In this document: piece by piece, positions 25,790 to 36,103 of the stretch
Layout: each line of letters starts with the position of its first letter
Position numbering within the stretch: the stretch's first letter is position 1
DNA from: Gemmatimonadota bacterium
GTDB lineage: Bacteria > Gemmatimonadota > Gemmatimonadetes > Gemmatimonadales > GWC2-71-9
Direction of reading: 5' to 3'
DNA length: 50,268 bases
NCBI GenBank assembly: GCA_039588295.1
Contig: JBDHAB010000016.1
Span: 1 to 50,268, forward strand
Program-made: the position numbers and the translations under genes
Notes under the pieces: model-generated
Told to the model about the DNA's origin: nothing
What the model saw: only the letters and a program-made list of their open reading frames with translations
Databases searched by the model: none

Positions 25790-27355
25790 GTGCCTGGCGT
25801 CCTGCGGAACACCATCGCCAACTGGTCGGCGTTCATAGCGGCCGCTGGGGTCAGCTTCTTCCTATCGCCGTTCATTGTCCATCGACTCGGCGATTCTGCG
25901 TACGGCATCTGGGTGCTGCTCGGGTCGCTCGTCGGCTACCTTGGGCTCCTCGACTTTGGGGTGCGGGGAGCGGTAACGAAATTCGTGGCGGGCTTTCACG
26001 CCAGATCCGACCACCGCAGCGCGGCGGCTGCAGTGGTCACTGCAGTGCGTGTCTTCACATTCCTCGCGATCGTCGCGATCGTCGTGTCCGCGGCCATCGC
26101 ATTCAACCTGGAGCACGTGTTCAAGATCCCCCCAACGCTGCTGTCGGAAGCCCGCATCGTGGTGCTGCTCGCTGGCGTCACTGTGGCTGCGGCATTCGTT
26201 GGAGGAGTGTTCGGCGGCGTGGTTGCCGGCCTCCATCGCTTCGATCTGGACAGTGGGGTGGAAATAGCAATGACAGCGGTGCGCGCCACGGCCGTGGTCA
26301 TCGCCCTCGAGGCCGGACACGGATTGGTCGCGCTCGGCATCATCCAGTTTGCCGTCTCTGTTCTGAGAGGCGCGATCGCCTTCGTCATCGTCCGCCGTCT
26401 CTATCCGGAGCTGGCACTCCGGGGCACCGGCACCACGCGTGATCTGGTTCGGCAGCTGCTATCGTTCAGCCTCTTCTCCAGCCTGATTCAGTTCTCGGGG
26501 ATTCTGATCTACTACACGGACTCGCTGGTCATCGGTGCGATCCTACCAATCGGCCTCGTGACCTATTATGCCATCGCGGCGAGCCTGACTGAGTACGCGC
26601 GACAGCTCGTGAGCGCGATTTCCCGTATTGTGACCCCGCGGGTCAGCGCCCTGCAGGCGGCTCACGGAGATCCGGCGGCAGCAGCAGCCATTCTCCGCAT
26701 CGGTGCCGCCGCAACGGTGGTCACGGTCCCGATTGCCATGACCTTTCTCTTGCGCGGTGGGAGCTTCATTGCGCTCTGGATGGGTCCTGAGTATGCGCCG
26801 CGTGCCACACCGGTCCTGATTGTACTCGCCGTGATGGTCTGGCTGTACGGAGGACGAGCCATCGCCGCAGCCGGCCTCATGGGGCTCAACAGGCATCACG
26901 GCCTCGCCGGCGCCGTCGGTGCCGAGGCTGTTGCCAATCTCGGACTGAGCATTGCCCTCATCGGCCCGCTCGGCCTGCCTGGCGTTGCGCTGGGCACCAC
27001 GATACCGAGCGTCGTGGTGACCGTCGGATTCCTGCCGTGGTACTTCAAACGCCATCTCGGAGTGGGTGTCCGGCAGTTCGTCGGTCGTATCTGGCTGATC
27101 CCGAGTGGCGCCTGTCTCGCCTTCGGGATTGCCACCTATGGCTTTGAGCACTGGGTCGGAGCGGCGTCACTCCTCGGGTACTTTGCGCAGGTCGCCGTGC
27201 TCCTCCCGCTCGTCGCGGTTGGCGCCGGTTTCCTGGTGGTCTCCAAGGATGACCGGAACGAATTCCGGGGTCGTCTGAGCACCCTGCTCAGGTCTCTGTC
27301 CCGCATCCTACCTCGGCGAGCACTTCCCGATGGGAAGTCGCGATCGCGCGGCTGA
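25790..27355 (+). CDS. Oligosaccharide flippase (Wzx)
   Basis: About 12-14 TM segments, LGDSAYGIW, LLDFGV, TDSLVIG..L...VTYY, PLGLPGVALGT. Confidence 0.88.
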   Translation: MPGVLRNTIANWSAFIAAAGVSFFLSPFIVHRLGDSAYGIWVLLGSLVGYLGLLDFGVRGAVTKFVAGFHARSDHRSAAAAVVTAVRVFTFLAIVAIVVSAAIAFNLEHVFKIPPTLLSEARIVVLLAGVTVAAAFVGGVFGGVVAGLHRFDLDSGVEIAMTAVRATAVVIALEAGHGLVALGIIQFAVSVLRGAIAFVIVRRLYPELALRGTGTTRDLVRQLLSFSLFSSLIQFSGILIYYTDSLVIGAILPIGLVTYYAIAASLTEYARQLVSAISRIVTPRVSALQAAHGDPAAAAAILRIGAAATVVTVPIAMTFLLRGGSFIALWMGPEYAPRATPVLIVLAVMVWLYGGRAIAAAGLMGLNRHHGLAGAVGAEAVANLGLSIALIGPLGLPGVALGTTIPSVVVTVGFLPWYFKRHLGVGVRQFVGRIWLIPSGACLAFGIATYGFEHWVGAASLLGYFAQVAVLLPLVAVGAGFLVVSKDDRNEFRGRLSTLLRSLSRILPRRALPDGKSRSRG

Positions 27356-27374
27356 GATCGAGTAACGAATTCCC

Positions 27375-29255
27375 ATGTGCGGTATCGTCGCCGTCTTGCA
27401 GCGTGAGGGAGGGTCGGTCGACCGGGACCTCGTCCTGTCGATGACACGGCGCCTCGTGCATCGGGGACCGGACGACGAAGGCACGTTCTTCGACGACCCC
27501 GTGGGCCTGGGATTTCGGAGGCTCGCGATCCTCGACCTGACATCATCCGGCCACCAGCCGATGGTGACCCCGGATGGCAGCGCCGTTCTCGTTTTCAACG
27601 GGGAGATCTTCAACTACGTCGAGCTGCGCGACGAGCTGAGGACGCTGGGGCACACGTTCCGCTCGACGGGCGATGCCGAAGTGCTGCTGCAATCCTACAT
27701 GGAATGGGGCACAGCATGTGTCGAACGGTTCAATGGGGAGTGGGCGTTCATGATCTACGACCGGGCCCGACGCGTCCTCTTCGGATCGCGTGACCGGTTC
27801 GGCATCAAGCCGCTCTACAGGATCGAGACCCCAACGGCTACCCTCTGGGCCTCGGAGATCAAGGCGTTGCTGGCGTTCCCCGGATACCGGCCTGCGATCA
27901 ACTGGGACGTCGCAGCCGATTTTCTCCGGGGCGGGAACCTGGATCACACCAGCGGCACCTTCTTTCGCGAAATCGAGCCCGTGCCGGCGGCCACGGCATT
28001 CGAGGTTCCCCTCGATGCCGCCGAGCGGCGCTGGCGCTATTGGTCCTTGCCGGCCGAGTCCCGCACCGAGTCTGCGCACGACCCCGCTGGCCGTTTCGCC
28101 GAGATCTTCGAGGATGCGGTGCGCGTACGGCTGCGCAGTGACGTCCCCGTCGGGGTGTGCCTTTCCGGGGGTCTGGACTCGACCGCCGTCCTCTGCGCCA
28201 TGGCCCGCGCCCCGCAGCGGTCGGACGATCGAAGTGCCGGACCGCTTCGAGCATTCTCCTACCATCATGACGACTTTAACGAGCGGCCTTACGTCGATGC
28301 GACGGTCGAGGAAGCGGGCGCTGCCTTGCAGCGGCTCCTCATGGACCACAAGAGCTTGTGGCAGCTGACGGAGGACGTCATACGCGCCCACGACGAGCCG
28401 GTGCACACCCTCACGGCCATGGTTGGATTCGAGCTCATGCGGATGATCGCGGGCGCCGGCGTGACGGTGATTCTCAATGGACAGGGGGCGGATGAGAGCC
28501 TCGGGGGATACGATAGCTATTTCCGGGACGCATGGTACAGTGCGGTCCGACAAGGACGCCCGTTGCGTGCCTGGAGGGAGATCCGGCGATTCACGGCCGC
28601 CCACGGAGGCAGGGCTGCAGAGCTGTTCTCTGGCGTGCTCGTCCACACCGTCAAGACCGAGTTCCGTCGGCTCGGTTGGTATCGGGCGCTCGCCCGCTTT
28701 CGGGCGCGCCGTGCGTTACGAGAGCGCGGTTGGTTTGCCGGCAGGATACTGGAGGACGGATCCGATCCCGGCTTCGAGCCACTGGATCTTCGCACTGTTC
28801 TGCATCGGTCGATGGCACGGGAACCGCTACCCCTGTACCTGCGGGTGGAGGACAGGAACTCCATGGCGCACTCCGTCGAGGTGCGCCTGCCGCTGCTGGA
28901 CTACCGGCTGATCGAGCTCGCGTTCTCGCTGGACAACGACTGGAAGGTTCGTGGCGAGTGGAATAAGTACGTCCTGCGGGAGGCGATGCGGGATCGCATT
29001 CCAGAGACCGTGCGTACGCGAGTTGACAAGATGGGTTTTCCTTCGCCCACGCGGGATTTGCTGCGCGACGAAACGCGCGACGCTCTGCTGGATATCATCG
29101 GGAGTCAGGCTGCTCGGGAACGTGGGATCTACAACACCGACAAGATTCTGCGGGAGCTGAGGCGACCGCTGCACGGGCCGCCTGACTTCGGAACGGCGCT
29201 GAGCGCTTTTCGCATCGCGCAGTTCGAGATTTGGGCTCGGTCTTACGGGGTATAA
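27375..29255 (+). CDS. asnB: Asparagine synthase (glutamine-hydrolysing)-like amidotransferase
   Basis: MCGI, HRGPD, FNGEIFNY, RDRFGIKPLY, LSGGLDS, GQGADE, DRNSMAHSVEVRLP. In this context probably a polysaccharide amidotransferase. Confidence 0.92.
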   Translation: MCGIVAVLQREGGSVDRDLVLSMTRRLVHRGPDDEGTFFDDPVGLGFRRLAILDLTSSGHQPMVTPDGSAVLVFNGEIFNYVELRDELRTLGHTFRSTGDAEVLLQSYMEWGTACVERFNGEWAFMIYDRARRVLFGSRDRFGIKPLYRIETPTATLWASEIKALLAFPGYRPAINWDVAADFLRGGNLDHTSGTFFREIEPVPAATAFEVPLDAAERRWRYWSLPAESRTESAHDPAGRFAEIFEDAVRVRLRSDVPVGVCLSGGLDSTAVLCAMARAPQRSDDRSAGPLRAFSYHHDDFNERPYVDATVEEAGAALQRLLMDHKSLWQLTEDVIRAHDEPVHTLTAMVGFELMRMIAGAGVTVILNGQGADESLGGYDSYFRDAWYSAVRQGRPLRAWREIRRFTAAHGGRAAELFSGVLVHTVKTEFRRLGWYRALARFRARRALRERGWFAGRILEDGSDPGFEPLDLRTVLHRSMAREPLPLYLRVEDRNSMAHSVEVRLPLLDYRLIELAFSLDNDWKVRGEWNKYVLREAMRDRIPETVRTRVDKMGFPSPTRDLLRDETRDALLDIIGSQAARERGIYNTDKILRELRRPLHGPPDFGTALSAFRIAQFEIWARSYGV

Positions 29256-29272
29256 GTTCACCCCGGGGATCC

Positions 29273-30433
29273 TCACCGGCGCGTCGGCTCCCACACGGGA
29301 CTTCGGTCCTTGCCAACCGCCTTCACCCATGCCCCCACGCCAGCCAGCAACCCAAACAGCACATACGCAGGCGCGCCGACAAGCAGCGGCACACGCCGTG
29401 AGGCGGGCCACCACCATGCTGCCGCCATCACACCGGCGCCGACGCCGATGAACGTCGCGATCGGAGCCCGGAGACTGGGCTGCTCGAACGCCAGGAATGC
29501 AAGCCCAACCAGCCCCAGGACCGCCGCCCACGGTACCAGCCACCGGGCGAGTTTGTGGCTGAACAGCATCCAGGCGAACCGCCTGTGCCGAACCGGGTTC
29601 AGCAGGTGGCGCTTGAAAAACAGCGTGTCCAGCCCCCGGGCCATCGTTCGAACCTTGCGCCGGTATTCACGGCGAAGCGCAGGTGTCCGCGGGACATAGC
29701 AGCGGGCCTCGGGAACCGACACCGATCGGTAGCCGTGCTCTCGGGCTATGAGCGGAGCCGCGAAATCACGGCTCAGCTCCTCCGGCACGAGCTCCGAGTG
29801 CAGGTCTCGCCGGCTGGCGTAGAAGCAGCCCGAAGCTCCGACGATACTCCCTGCGCCGGTTTCCAGGTCGCGCACCCACATCTCGTAGCCAACGTATCCG
29901 GACTCTCCCACGTTGTCCGCCCGCTTTGCGTCCCCCACGCTTATGTCTCGCCCCGATGCAACCCCCACGCTCGGATCCGCGAACGCAGCCACCAGGGGCA
30001 CTAGTGCATCAGGATCCACGCGCACCGCCGCATCAGTATTGATGACGATCTCACCTTGTATGCGTGCACACGAGGCATTCTCAGCAGCAGTCTTGCCGGC
30101 CCGGGACTTCAGGCGTATGAGCTCCACCCCACGATCGGCGAACGAACGAACGATCTCATCTGTTCGATCGGTGGAGGCATCAGAGATCACGATGATCTGA
30201 CGCCGGTCGGGGGGGTAGTTGGCTGTTGTGAGACTTTCGAGTGTTTCCCCGATTGCCTTCTCTTCATTGTATGCCGCGAGTGTAATACTTATTCTCGGGC
30301 ACTTCGTTGAGTCGAAACCGCTCCCGGGAGGGCTGTATCTGCTGATGACCCAGAGAATCAGCGGGTACCCGAGGTACGCGTAGCCACCCAGAACGAAGGG
30401 GGCGGCGAGCAGGGCAAGCCCAAGGACCGTCAC
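29273..30433 (-). CDS. Glycosyltransferase family 2 (membrane-anchored)
   Basis: YLGYP, AAYNEE, SDASTD, GKTAAEN, TDA, EYRRKVR, SHKLARW, WEPTRR. Confidence 0.9.
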   Translation of the reverse strand: MTVLGLALLAAPFVLGGYAYLGYPLILWVISRYSPPGSGFDSTKCPRISITLAAYNEEKAIGETLESLTTANYPPDRRQIIVISDASTDRTDEIVRSFADRGVELIRLKSRAGKTAAENASCARIQGEIVINTDAAVRVDPDALVPLVAAFADPSVGVASGRDISVGDAKRADNVGESGYVGYEMWVRDLETGAGSIVGASGCFYASRRDLHSELVPEELSRDFAAPLIAREHGYRSVSVPEARCYVPRTPALRREYRRKVRTMARGLDTLFFKRHLLNPVRHRRFAWMLFSHKLARWLVPWAAVLGLVGLAFLAFEQPSLRAPIATFIGVGAGVMAAAWWWPASRRVPLLVGAPAYVLFGLLAGVGAWVKAVGKDRSPVWEPTRR

Positions 30434-30490
30434 AGCTGACCCCCAGCAGTTGGCCTGGCGGCGGAGCCAGTTCCCGAATCGCAGCGGGGT

Positions 30491-31711
30491 CTACCCCGCT
30501 GCGATGCCAGTGATCGATGCCAACAAAGCATGTAGGGTCTCCCCTCGCGACGCCCACGAGTACCTCTCCAGAACGAGCCTTCTGCCGTTCTCACCGAGCG
30601 CCCTCGCTTCGTCCGGATTCTCCAGCAGTCGGACGACCTCCTTGGCGAATTCGGTCGGTGTGGCGGCGACCACGAGGTGATAACCATCGCGGGCCTCGAT
30701 GCCCTCCATGCTCACTGGAGTAGCGACGACTGCACGACCCATGGCCATGGCCGCGAGGATCTTGTTCTTCATGCCCGAGCCGTAACGCAACGGGCTCACG
30801 AACACCGGCGCCGACGCGATCCACGGCCGGACATCGGGCACGCTTCCGGTCACGTGGACCCCGGGCTCGGACAGGTGCTGCAGGACCGGGGGCGGCCCGT
30901 GCCCGACAGCGTAGAACTCGAACTCGCCGAGCGACGCTCGGATGATCGGATGAATGTCCTGACAGAAATGCACGACCGCGTCATGGTTAGGGCCGTACGA
31001 CATAACTCCGGTAAAGACCGCCCGGTTGGGGTTCTCGCGCACCGAGTCCACACTGAAGTACTCCGCATCTACGCCGTTTGGCAGTGTCACCACCCTGGTC
31101 TCCGGCGCCATGCTCCGGAGCGAACTCGCATCCACCTCCGAGTTCGTAATCACGGTGTGAAAGCGGCGGTGAAGGGGCTTCTCCAGCCTGGCGATGCCCC
31201 ACGCCTCCAGGGCCATAGACACCCGCCGCAGGGGGTTCCGCTCCATCCTGGCCTCTCGTCGACAGAGGAGAGTCAGGCAGTCGTGCAAGTCGACCACCGC
31301 CGGCAGGTGGGACACGTCGGCGGTGTACTGCGTCATCTTGAGCGTGTCGACATAGACCAGGTCAACGGCGGGAGGTCCGGCGCACTTCTTCCGAACGCAC
31401 TCGCTGATCTCCCGCCGGTACTGGGGGTAGCGATACTGTGTGACAAAGTGCGAAGCGAAGTGAAGGCGGTGCCGCTGAGCCCGCCACCAGGTTGTGCTCT
31501 CGGGTGGCCCCGGTAGCAACGTGATATCGCCGAACACGCCGGTAGCTGCAACGTGGTCCTGAAACATCGCCGTGCGCTCGCACGACTCGCTGAAACTCAT
31601 CAGGCTCAGTCGATGCTCCCGCGACAGCTCACGGCACAGGCTGAACAGTCGCGGCGAGCCTGGCATCCCGGACGCTGCCGGCAGATCGGGTGCAAGGACG
31701 AGTATGTGCAC
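30491..31711 (-). CDS. Glycosyltransferase family 4 (exosortase-system sugar transferase-like)
   Basis: PNGVD, FTGVMSYGPNHDA, TGSVPDVRP, PLRYGSGMKNKILAAMAMG. Confidence 0.9.
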   Translation of the reverse strand: MHILVLAPDLPAASGMPGSPRLFSLCRELSREHRLSLMSFSESCERTAMFQDHVAATGVFGDITLLPGPPESTTWWRAQRHRLHFASHFVTQYRYPQYRREISECVRKKCAGPPAVDLVYVDTLKMTQYTADVSHLPAVVDLHDCLTLLCRREARMERNPLRRVSMALEAWGIARLEKPLHRRFHTVITNSEVDASSLRSMAPETRVVTLPNGVDAEYFSVDSVRENPNRAVFTGVMSYGPNHDAVVHFCQDIHPIIRASLGEFEFYAVGHGPPPVLQHLSEPGVHVTGSVPDVRPWIASAPVFVSPLRYGSGMKNKILAAMAMGRAVVATPVSMEGIEARDGYHLVVAATPTEFAKEVVRLLENPDEARALGENGRRLVLERYSWASRGETLHALLASITGIAAG

Positions 31712-31728
31712 GATCGCGGCCTCGTCGT

Positions 31729-33042
31729 CTACCAGTAGAGTCCGTCGTACTGCTGTCGGTCCGCGAAGCTCCCATCCGGCCGTGCGAGATCCACGATGAC
31801 CTTGTCCGGAGGCGCAGTCTCGAGCGCCGAGCCAAGCCTGCTGTCCCGGTGACCGACGACGAGTACGTCCGACCGATCGACGAGCTGTTCGAAGGAGTCG
31901 ACGAGCAAGGTGGACAGATGGGGAATATGCTCCTCAATGAATCGGCGATTTGCACCGACGAGCCGGCTAAGCGACACGTTGGGGTCGTAAATGGCGATCG
32001 TGAGACCCTTCCCCAAGAGTGTCTCGATCACTTCTACCAACGGACTCTCACGGAGGTCATCCGTGTCAGGCTTGAAGCTCATACCCAAGAACCCGACGCG
32101 CTTGAGTCCAGTATCGATGATTCGCCGGCTGACGGAACGGATCTGCTGCTCATTGCTCCTGAGAATGGATGCCAGCACCAGCGGTTCGAGATCGCGGCTC
32201 TTCGCGAGGTAGTTCAGGGCCCGAAGGTCCTTCGGCAGGCACGAGCCGCCGAAGGCGAAGCCCGGCGTGAGATAGGCCGGGGAGATGTTCAGTTTGGTAT
32301 CGCGACAGAAGATGCTCATCACCTCGTGGCTGTCGAGATCCGCGGCCTTGCAGATGCTGCCAATCTCGTTCGCGAACGTGATCTTCAGTGCGTGGAATGC
32401 ATTGTCGGCGTACTTGACCATCTCGGCAACTCGCAGCGACGTCACGATCCACGGCGCCTTCAGGTCGCCGAAGAGCTCCAGGAGCGGCCCGGCGTCGTCC
32501 TCAGCATTCACCCCGATCACGACCTTGGGAGGCTCACGAAAGTCGCGAACGGACGAGCCTTCCCGCAGAAACTCGGGGTTGTAGCAGACCGTCAGGTCAT
32601 CGCCAACACGTCTTCCGGAGTGCCTTTCCAGTGCTGGAACCGCAACTCGCTCGGTGGAACCCGGCAGCATCGTGCTGCGCAACACGACCGTGTGCTTTCC
32701 GGCCTTGGTCCTAAGAGCTGCACCAATCTCTTTACACACAGCATCGACGTAGCTGAGATCGAGGTCGCCATTGTCGCGGCTCGGCGTCCCGACGCACACG
32801 AATGAGATGTCGGATTCAAGGATCGCCTCATCAGCGGAGGTCGTCGCGCGAAGGCGCCCCTGTTGGCTGGCATCCCGAATCAGGGGGCCAATGTCGGGCT
32901 CGATGATCGGCGACACGCCGGAGTTGAGGGCGTCCACCTTGTCCGAGTTCAAGTCCACCCCGACAACCTGATGGCCGTCGTCCGAGAAACACCCTGCGCA
33001 GACGGTACCGACGTACCCGAGACCAAAGACACTGATTTTCAA
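31729..33042 (-). CDS. GDP-mannose/UDP-glucose 6-dehydrogenase family, AlgD-like
   Basis: ISVFGLGYVG, CVGTPS, NPEFLREG, catalytic GFAFGGSCLPKD, SFKPDTDDLRESP, C-terminal ..GLYW. TTG start with a GGGAG SD. Confidence 0.92.
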   Translation of the reverse strand: MKISVFGLGYVGTVCAGCFSDDGHQVVGVDLNSDKVDALNSGVSPIIEPDIGPLIRDASQQGRLRATTSADEAILESDISFVCVGTPSRDNGDLDLSYVDAVCKEIGAALRTKAGKHTVVLRSTMLPGSTERVAVPALERHSGRRVGDDLTVCYNPEFLREGSSVRDFREPPKVVIGVNAEDDAGPLLELFGDLKAPWIVTSLRVAEMVKYADNAFHALKITFANEIGSICKAADLDSHEVMSIFCRDTKLNISPAYLTPGFAFGGSCLPKDLRALNYLAKSRDLEPLVLASILRSNEQQIRSVSRRIIDTGLKRVGFLGMSFKPDTDDLRESPLVEVIETLLGKGLTIAIYDPNVSLSRLVGANRRFIEEHIPHLSTLLVDSFEQLVDRSDVLVVGHRDSRLGSALETAPPDKVIVDLARPDGSFADRQQYDGLYW

Positions 33043-33240
33043 GAGAATCTCTCCCGCAGCGGTTCGTGCGCCATTGCGGCCCCACCCATGCTCCCCACCG
33101 CGTGCCGCGGAGCGCTCACTATACAGCAGTGTATCAAAGCCAGGGACGGTGACTGAATCCTGATCCGGGTTCCCGCCGTAACCGTCCTGGAGTAGGCCGT
33201 CTCCCTCGACAACGTACCGGTCAACTCGCGTTCCTGAGTG

Positions 33241-33256
33241 AGCAGGTCTCGTGCCG
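33241..33256 (-). promoter_or_regulatory. Sigma-54 promoter of the dehydrogenase-GT4-GT2 unit
   Basis: Minus strand CGGCACGAGACCTGCT. Confidence 0.65.
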
Positions 33257-33697
33257 TACGCCCCAGCAGCCGCTTGAATTCATGGAGCCCGGGATGCCTC
33301 GGACAGTCGGCTGGGGACAGCCTGGTGGGGTCCAGGGACCCAAGAGATATCGAGTGATGAAGTCCGTCTATTGATCCAAGAGGTCCGCCAGCGTCTGAAC
33401 GCGCTCCTCCGCCCGACGGTCGGAGCGCTCCCAATCGCTACGAGAAACCACTGCCCACCGACCGAAGGCTGAGTGTTGCATGCCCCTGCGCGAACCCTCG
33501 CTGCGAGAGCGGTTCCACGGTATCCCTTCCCATCAGGCGCGCGTTCCCGGTCGCATACCTCGGAGCGTGGCCACGGCGGCTAGTAAGCCCGGGACCAATC
33601 CACTGGAGTACCATCGTAACTCTTTGTCACAAAAAGACATCGATGTTCAGATCTGGTCGACCTCTGGAAGCCCACAACACCCAGCCACCCTCGACAC

Positions 33698-33846
33698 TGT
33701 TGCGAAGGTGATACAGCTGAGGCCCCTGTGTCGTGACTTCGGAACCGAGGTCGCGCTTGACGGGACAATCGCCAAGGCCCAACCTCGTGGCGCGCCTGGT
33801 CATCGACCCCGGAGCCGGCCTCGGGTGCCGTGGCATCGGTTCTGCA
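33698..33846 (+). promoter_or_regulatory. Enhancer TGTTGC-N6-GATACA (33698-33715) plus sigma-54 promoter TGGCATCGGTTCTGCA (33831-33846)
   Basis: Near-consensus -24/-12 site 44 nt before ATG 33891, with the palindrome about 116 bp upstream. Confidence 0.7.
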
Positions 33847-33890
33847 ACATGTGGGCGCCACTCCAACGACGTGGTGACAGTTCCTCCCGA

Positions 33891-34955
33891 ATGCTGACAC
33901 GACACCTCAAACGCGCACTGCGCACAGCTCTCACGTCGCGGCCCGCAAGCTACCTTCTTGCTCCGCTCACGAGAGGCACCGCCGCGATCCTGATGTTGCA
34001 TCGCTTCAGCGACGCGGAACGCGGCAACTCTGGTCACGACCCTCGGAAGCTACGGACCCTGCTGCAGCGCTTGCGCCGCAAGCGCTACAACCTCCTCCCG
34101 GTGCACGATGTCCTTGCACGCCTCGCGTTTGGAGACACGTCGCTCGCGAAAACCGTTGCCTTTACCCTCGACGATGGGTTTGCCGATCAGGCAGATGTCG
34201 CTGCCCCGATCTTCGCGGAGTTCGACTGCCCCGCCACCATCTTTGTCACGACAGGGTTTCTCGATGGTCGACTGTGGTTCTGGTGGGATCGAATCGAACA
34301 CATCTTCCACAGCGTACAGCACACCCGTATCTCCATCGAAGTTCCCGATGGTCGGAGGGACTACCGCCTTGCCGCGCGCGACGCGCGAGACCGAGCATCG
34401 GTCGACTTCGTCCAGCTCTGCAAGGCCCTGCCAGATGCCGATAAGCACGAGCTGATCCGTTCCCTCGCCAACACCGCCGAGGTAACGCTTCCAGACAAGC
34501 CACCGCCCCCATATGCACCTATGTCTTGGGAAAAACTGCGGGCCCTAGAGTCGCAGGGCATCTCGTTCGGCCCTCACACCGTTACACACCCCGTTCTGTC
34601 CCGCGTTGATGGCGCGCAGGCTCGCTACGAGCTCACCACCTCGTGGGAGCGTCTACGTGCGGAGGCGCGCGCCCCCGTCGCGGTGTTTTGCTATCCCAAC
34701 GGCCGGGACGCCGATTTCACCGAACGAGAGGCAACGCATCTCCGAAGCCTGGGGTTCCTGGGTGCGTTGAGCACCATGCCAGGGTGTGCTGCGGTTCCCC
34801 CCTCCGGGAATTGGGATGACGTGCGGTTTCGCATTCCGCGCTACGCCTACGACGATGACCTCAGCGCAACGCTCCAGTACGTGAACGGCCTCGAGCGAGC
34901 GAAGCAGAAGGTTTGGAGATCCTCGCGAAACCGTTCGACCCAGTCTTGGCTGTGA
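33891..34955 (+). CDS. Polysaccharide deacetylase family protein
   Basis: ILMLHR, TLDDGFAD, ATIFVTTGF, FWWD, GPHTVTHP, FCYPNG. Start at ATG 33891; the upstream ORF extension is the promoter region. Confidence 0.9.
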   Translation: MLTRHLKRALRTALTSRPASYLLAPLTRGTAAILMLHRFSDAERGNSGHDPRKLRTLLQRLRRKRYNLLPVHDVLARLAFGDTSLAKTVAFTLDDGFADQADVAAPIFAEFDCPATIFVTTGFLDGRLWFWWDRIEHIFHSVQHTRISIEVPDGRRDYRLAARDARDRASVDFVQLCKALPDADKHELIRSLANTAEVTLPDKPPPPYAPMSWEKLRALESQGISFGPHTVTHPVLSRVDGAQARYELTTSWERLRAEARAPVAVFCYPNGRDADFTEREATHLRSLGFLGALSTMPGCAAVPPSGNWDDVRFRIPRYAYDDDLSATLQYVNGLERAKQKVWRSSRNRSTQSWL

Positions 34956-35074
34956 CACTCGATCCAGCAGCGGTTCGATGGTGCCCGCCGTGAGAGCCGC
35001 CGGCCATGCCTCTAGCGGCGCATGACCCTCATGCGAGCCAGGGCGTATTCTGCCAACACCGCAGACGGTGCTTC

Positions 35075-36103
35075 TCAGGGGATGTAGCGGACGATCCGCG
35101 GCCCCACCACATTCGCAACGGCTAGCGGGAGTCGCTGCCAGATCCGCTGGCCCCACGCATACTGCGAGTCGGCGGCGGAGGGTGTCGACCCCTTCTCATG
35201 ACGTCCCTGCTGGTACCACCAGAGCGGCTGGTCATGACCGCCCCACTGCAGCTTGAACCGATGCGTGCCACCCCCAGGGGTGCAGCGACCGAAGTTGAAG
35301 ACGCGCGCTCCCGCGTTCGCGGAACGTTCGAGGAACGCCCAGTACAAGAGCATATTGGGCGCCATAGCGTTATAGCGCTGCAAAGCCGCCGCCCACGTGA
35401 TCTCGAACTCGCCGCCGGACCGGAAGCCCCATCCCGCGGCGATCGGTTCACGTCCCTGGTAGACGCAACCGATTTCGACCTGGTTCGGGAGTGCCTGCCG
35501 TAAACCCTCGAACCACGACCGGGGCATCACGGGCGTCCCCAGGTCGCGCATATGGCGGGCAAAGACCCGATAGAAGTTGCCGCTCTCCTCAGGCCCGAAT
35601 CGAACCGCCAGTCCTTCTTTCTGGGGTCGACGGATCTGGCTCCGCACTTTGGCCTTGAGCTGGCTCCACAACGCCTCCGATCCATCCGCCGGCAGGTCGA
35701 GGCAAACGGTGACTTTGCGGTGCGATACCGCAAGCGGAACCGTGACTTCGCTCCGACACCGCAGCTCCAGTAGATCAGCACCGGTTTCGGTCGCCAGCTC
35801 CGCCGCAAACCGCGCCAGCGCCGCCGTAGCTTCGGGTGACCCAAGCGGCCCCCCGTAACTCACGAATGGCATGGACACGAGGTAGTGTCCAAAGAGACGG
35901 CTCTTCACGCGCACGAGCGGGAGCACGCCGCACAGCCGGCCCGTGTCGTCGCGCGCGCACCAGAGACGCACCTCGTGCCCGAACGTTTCCTCGATGACCC
36001 GCCGCCACGCGTATCGGTGAAATGTGGTTCCAGCCGGATGCGCCGCTACGAACGCATCCCATTCAGCCTCGCTCCCCGCGAACGGGACGATCGCGTCGCT
36101 CAT
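35075..36103 (-). CDS. FemAB-related (GNAT-fold) XrtA/PEP-CTERM system protein
   Basis: WDAFV, FHRYAW, SRLFGHYLVSMPF..YGG, KVRSQIR, MRDLGTP, PNMLLYW, FNFGR, FKLQWG. Confidence 0.9.
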   Translation of the reverse strand: MSDAIVPFAGSEAEWDAFVAAHPAGTTFHRYAWRRVIEETFGHEVRLWCARDDTGRLCGVLPLVRVKSRLFGHYLVSMPFVSYGGPLGSPEATAALARFAAELATETGADLLELRCRSEVTVPLAVSHRKVTVCLDLPADGSEALWSQLKAKVRSQIRRPQKEGLAVRFGPEESGNFYRVFARHMRDLGTPVMPRSWFEGLRQALPNQVEIGCVYQGREPIAAGWGFRSGGEFEITWAAALQRYNAMAPNMLLYWAFLERSANAGARVFNFGRCTPGGGTHRFKLQWGGHDQPLWWYQQGRHEKGSTPSAADSQYAWGQRIWQRLPLAVANVVGPRIVRYIP

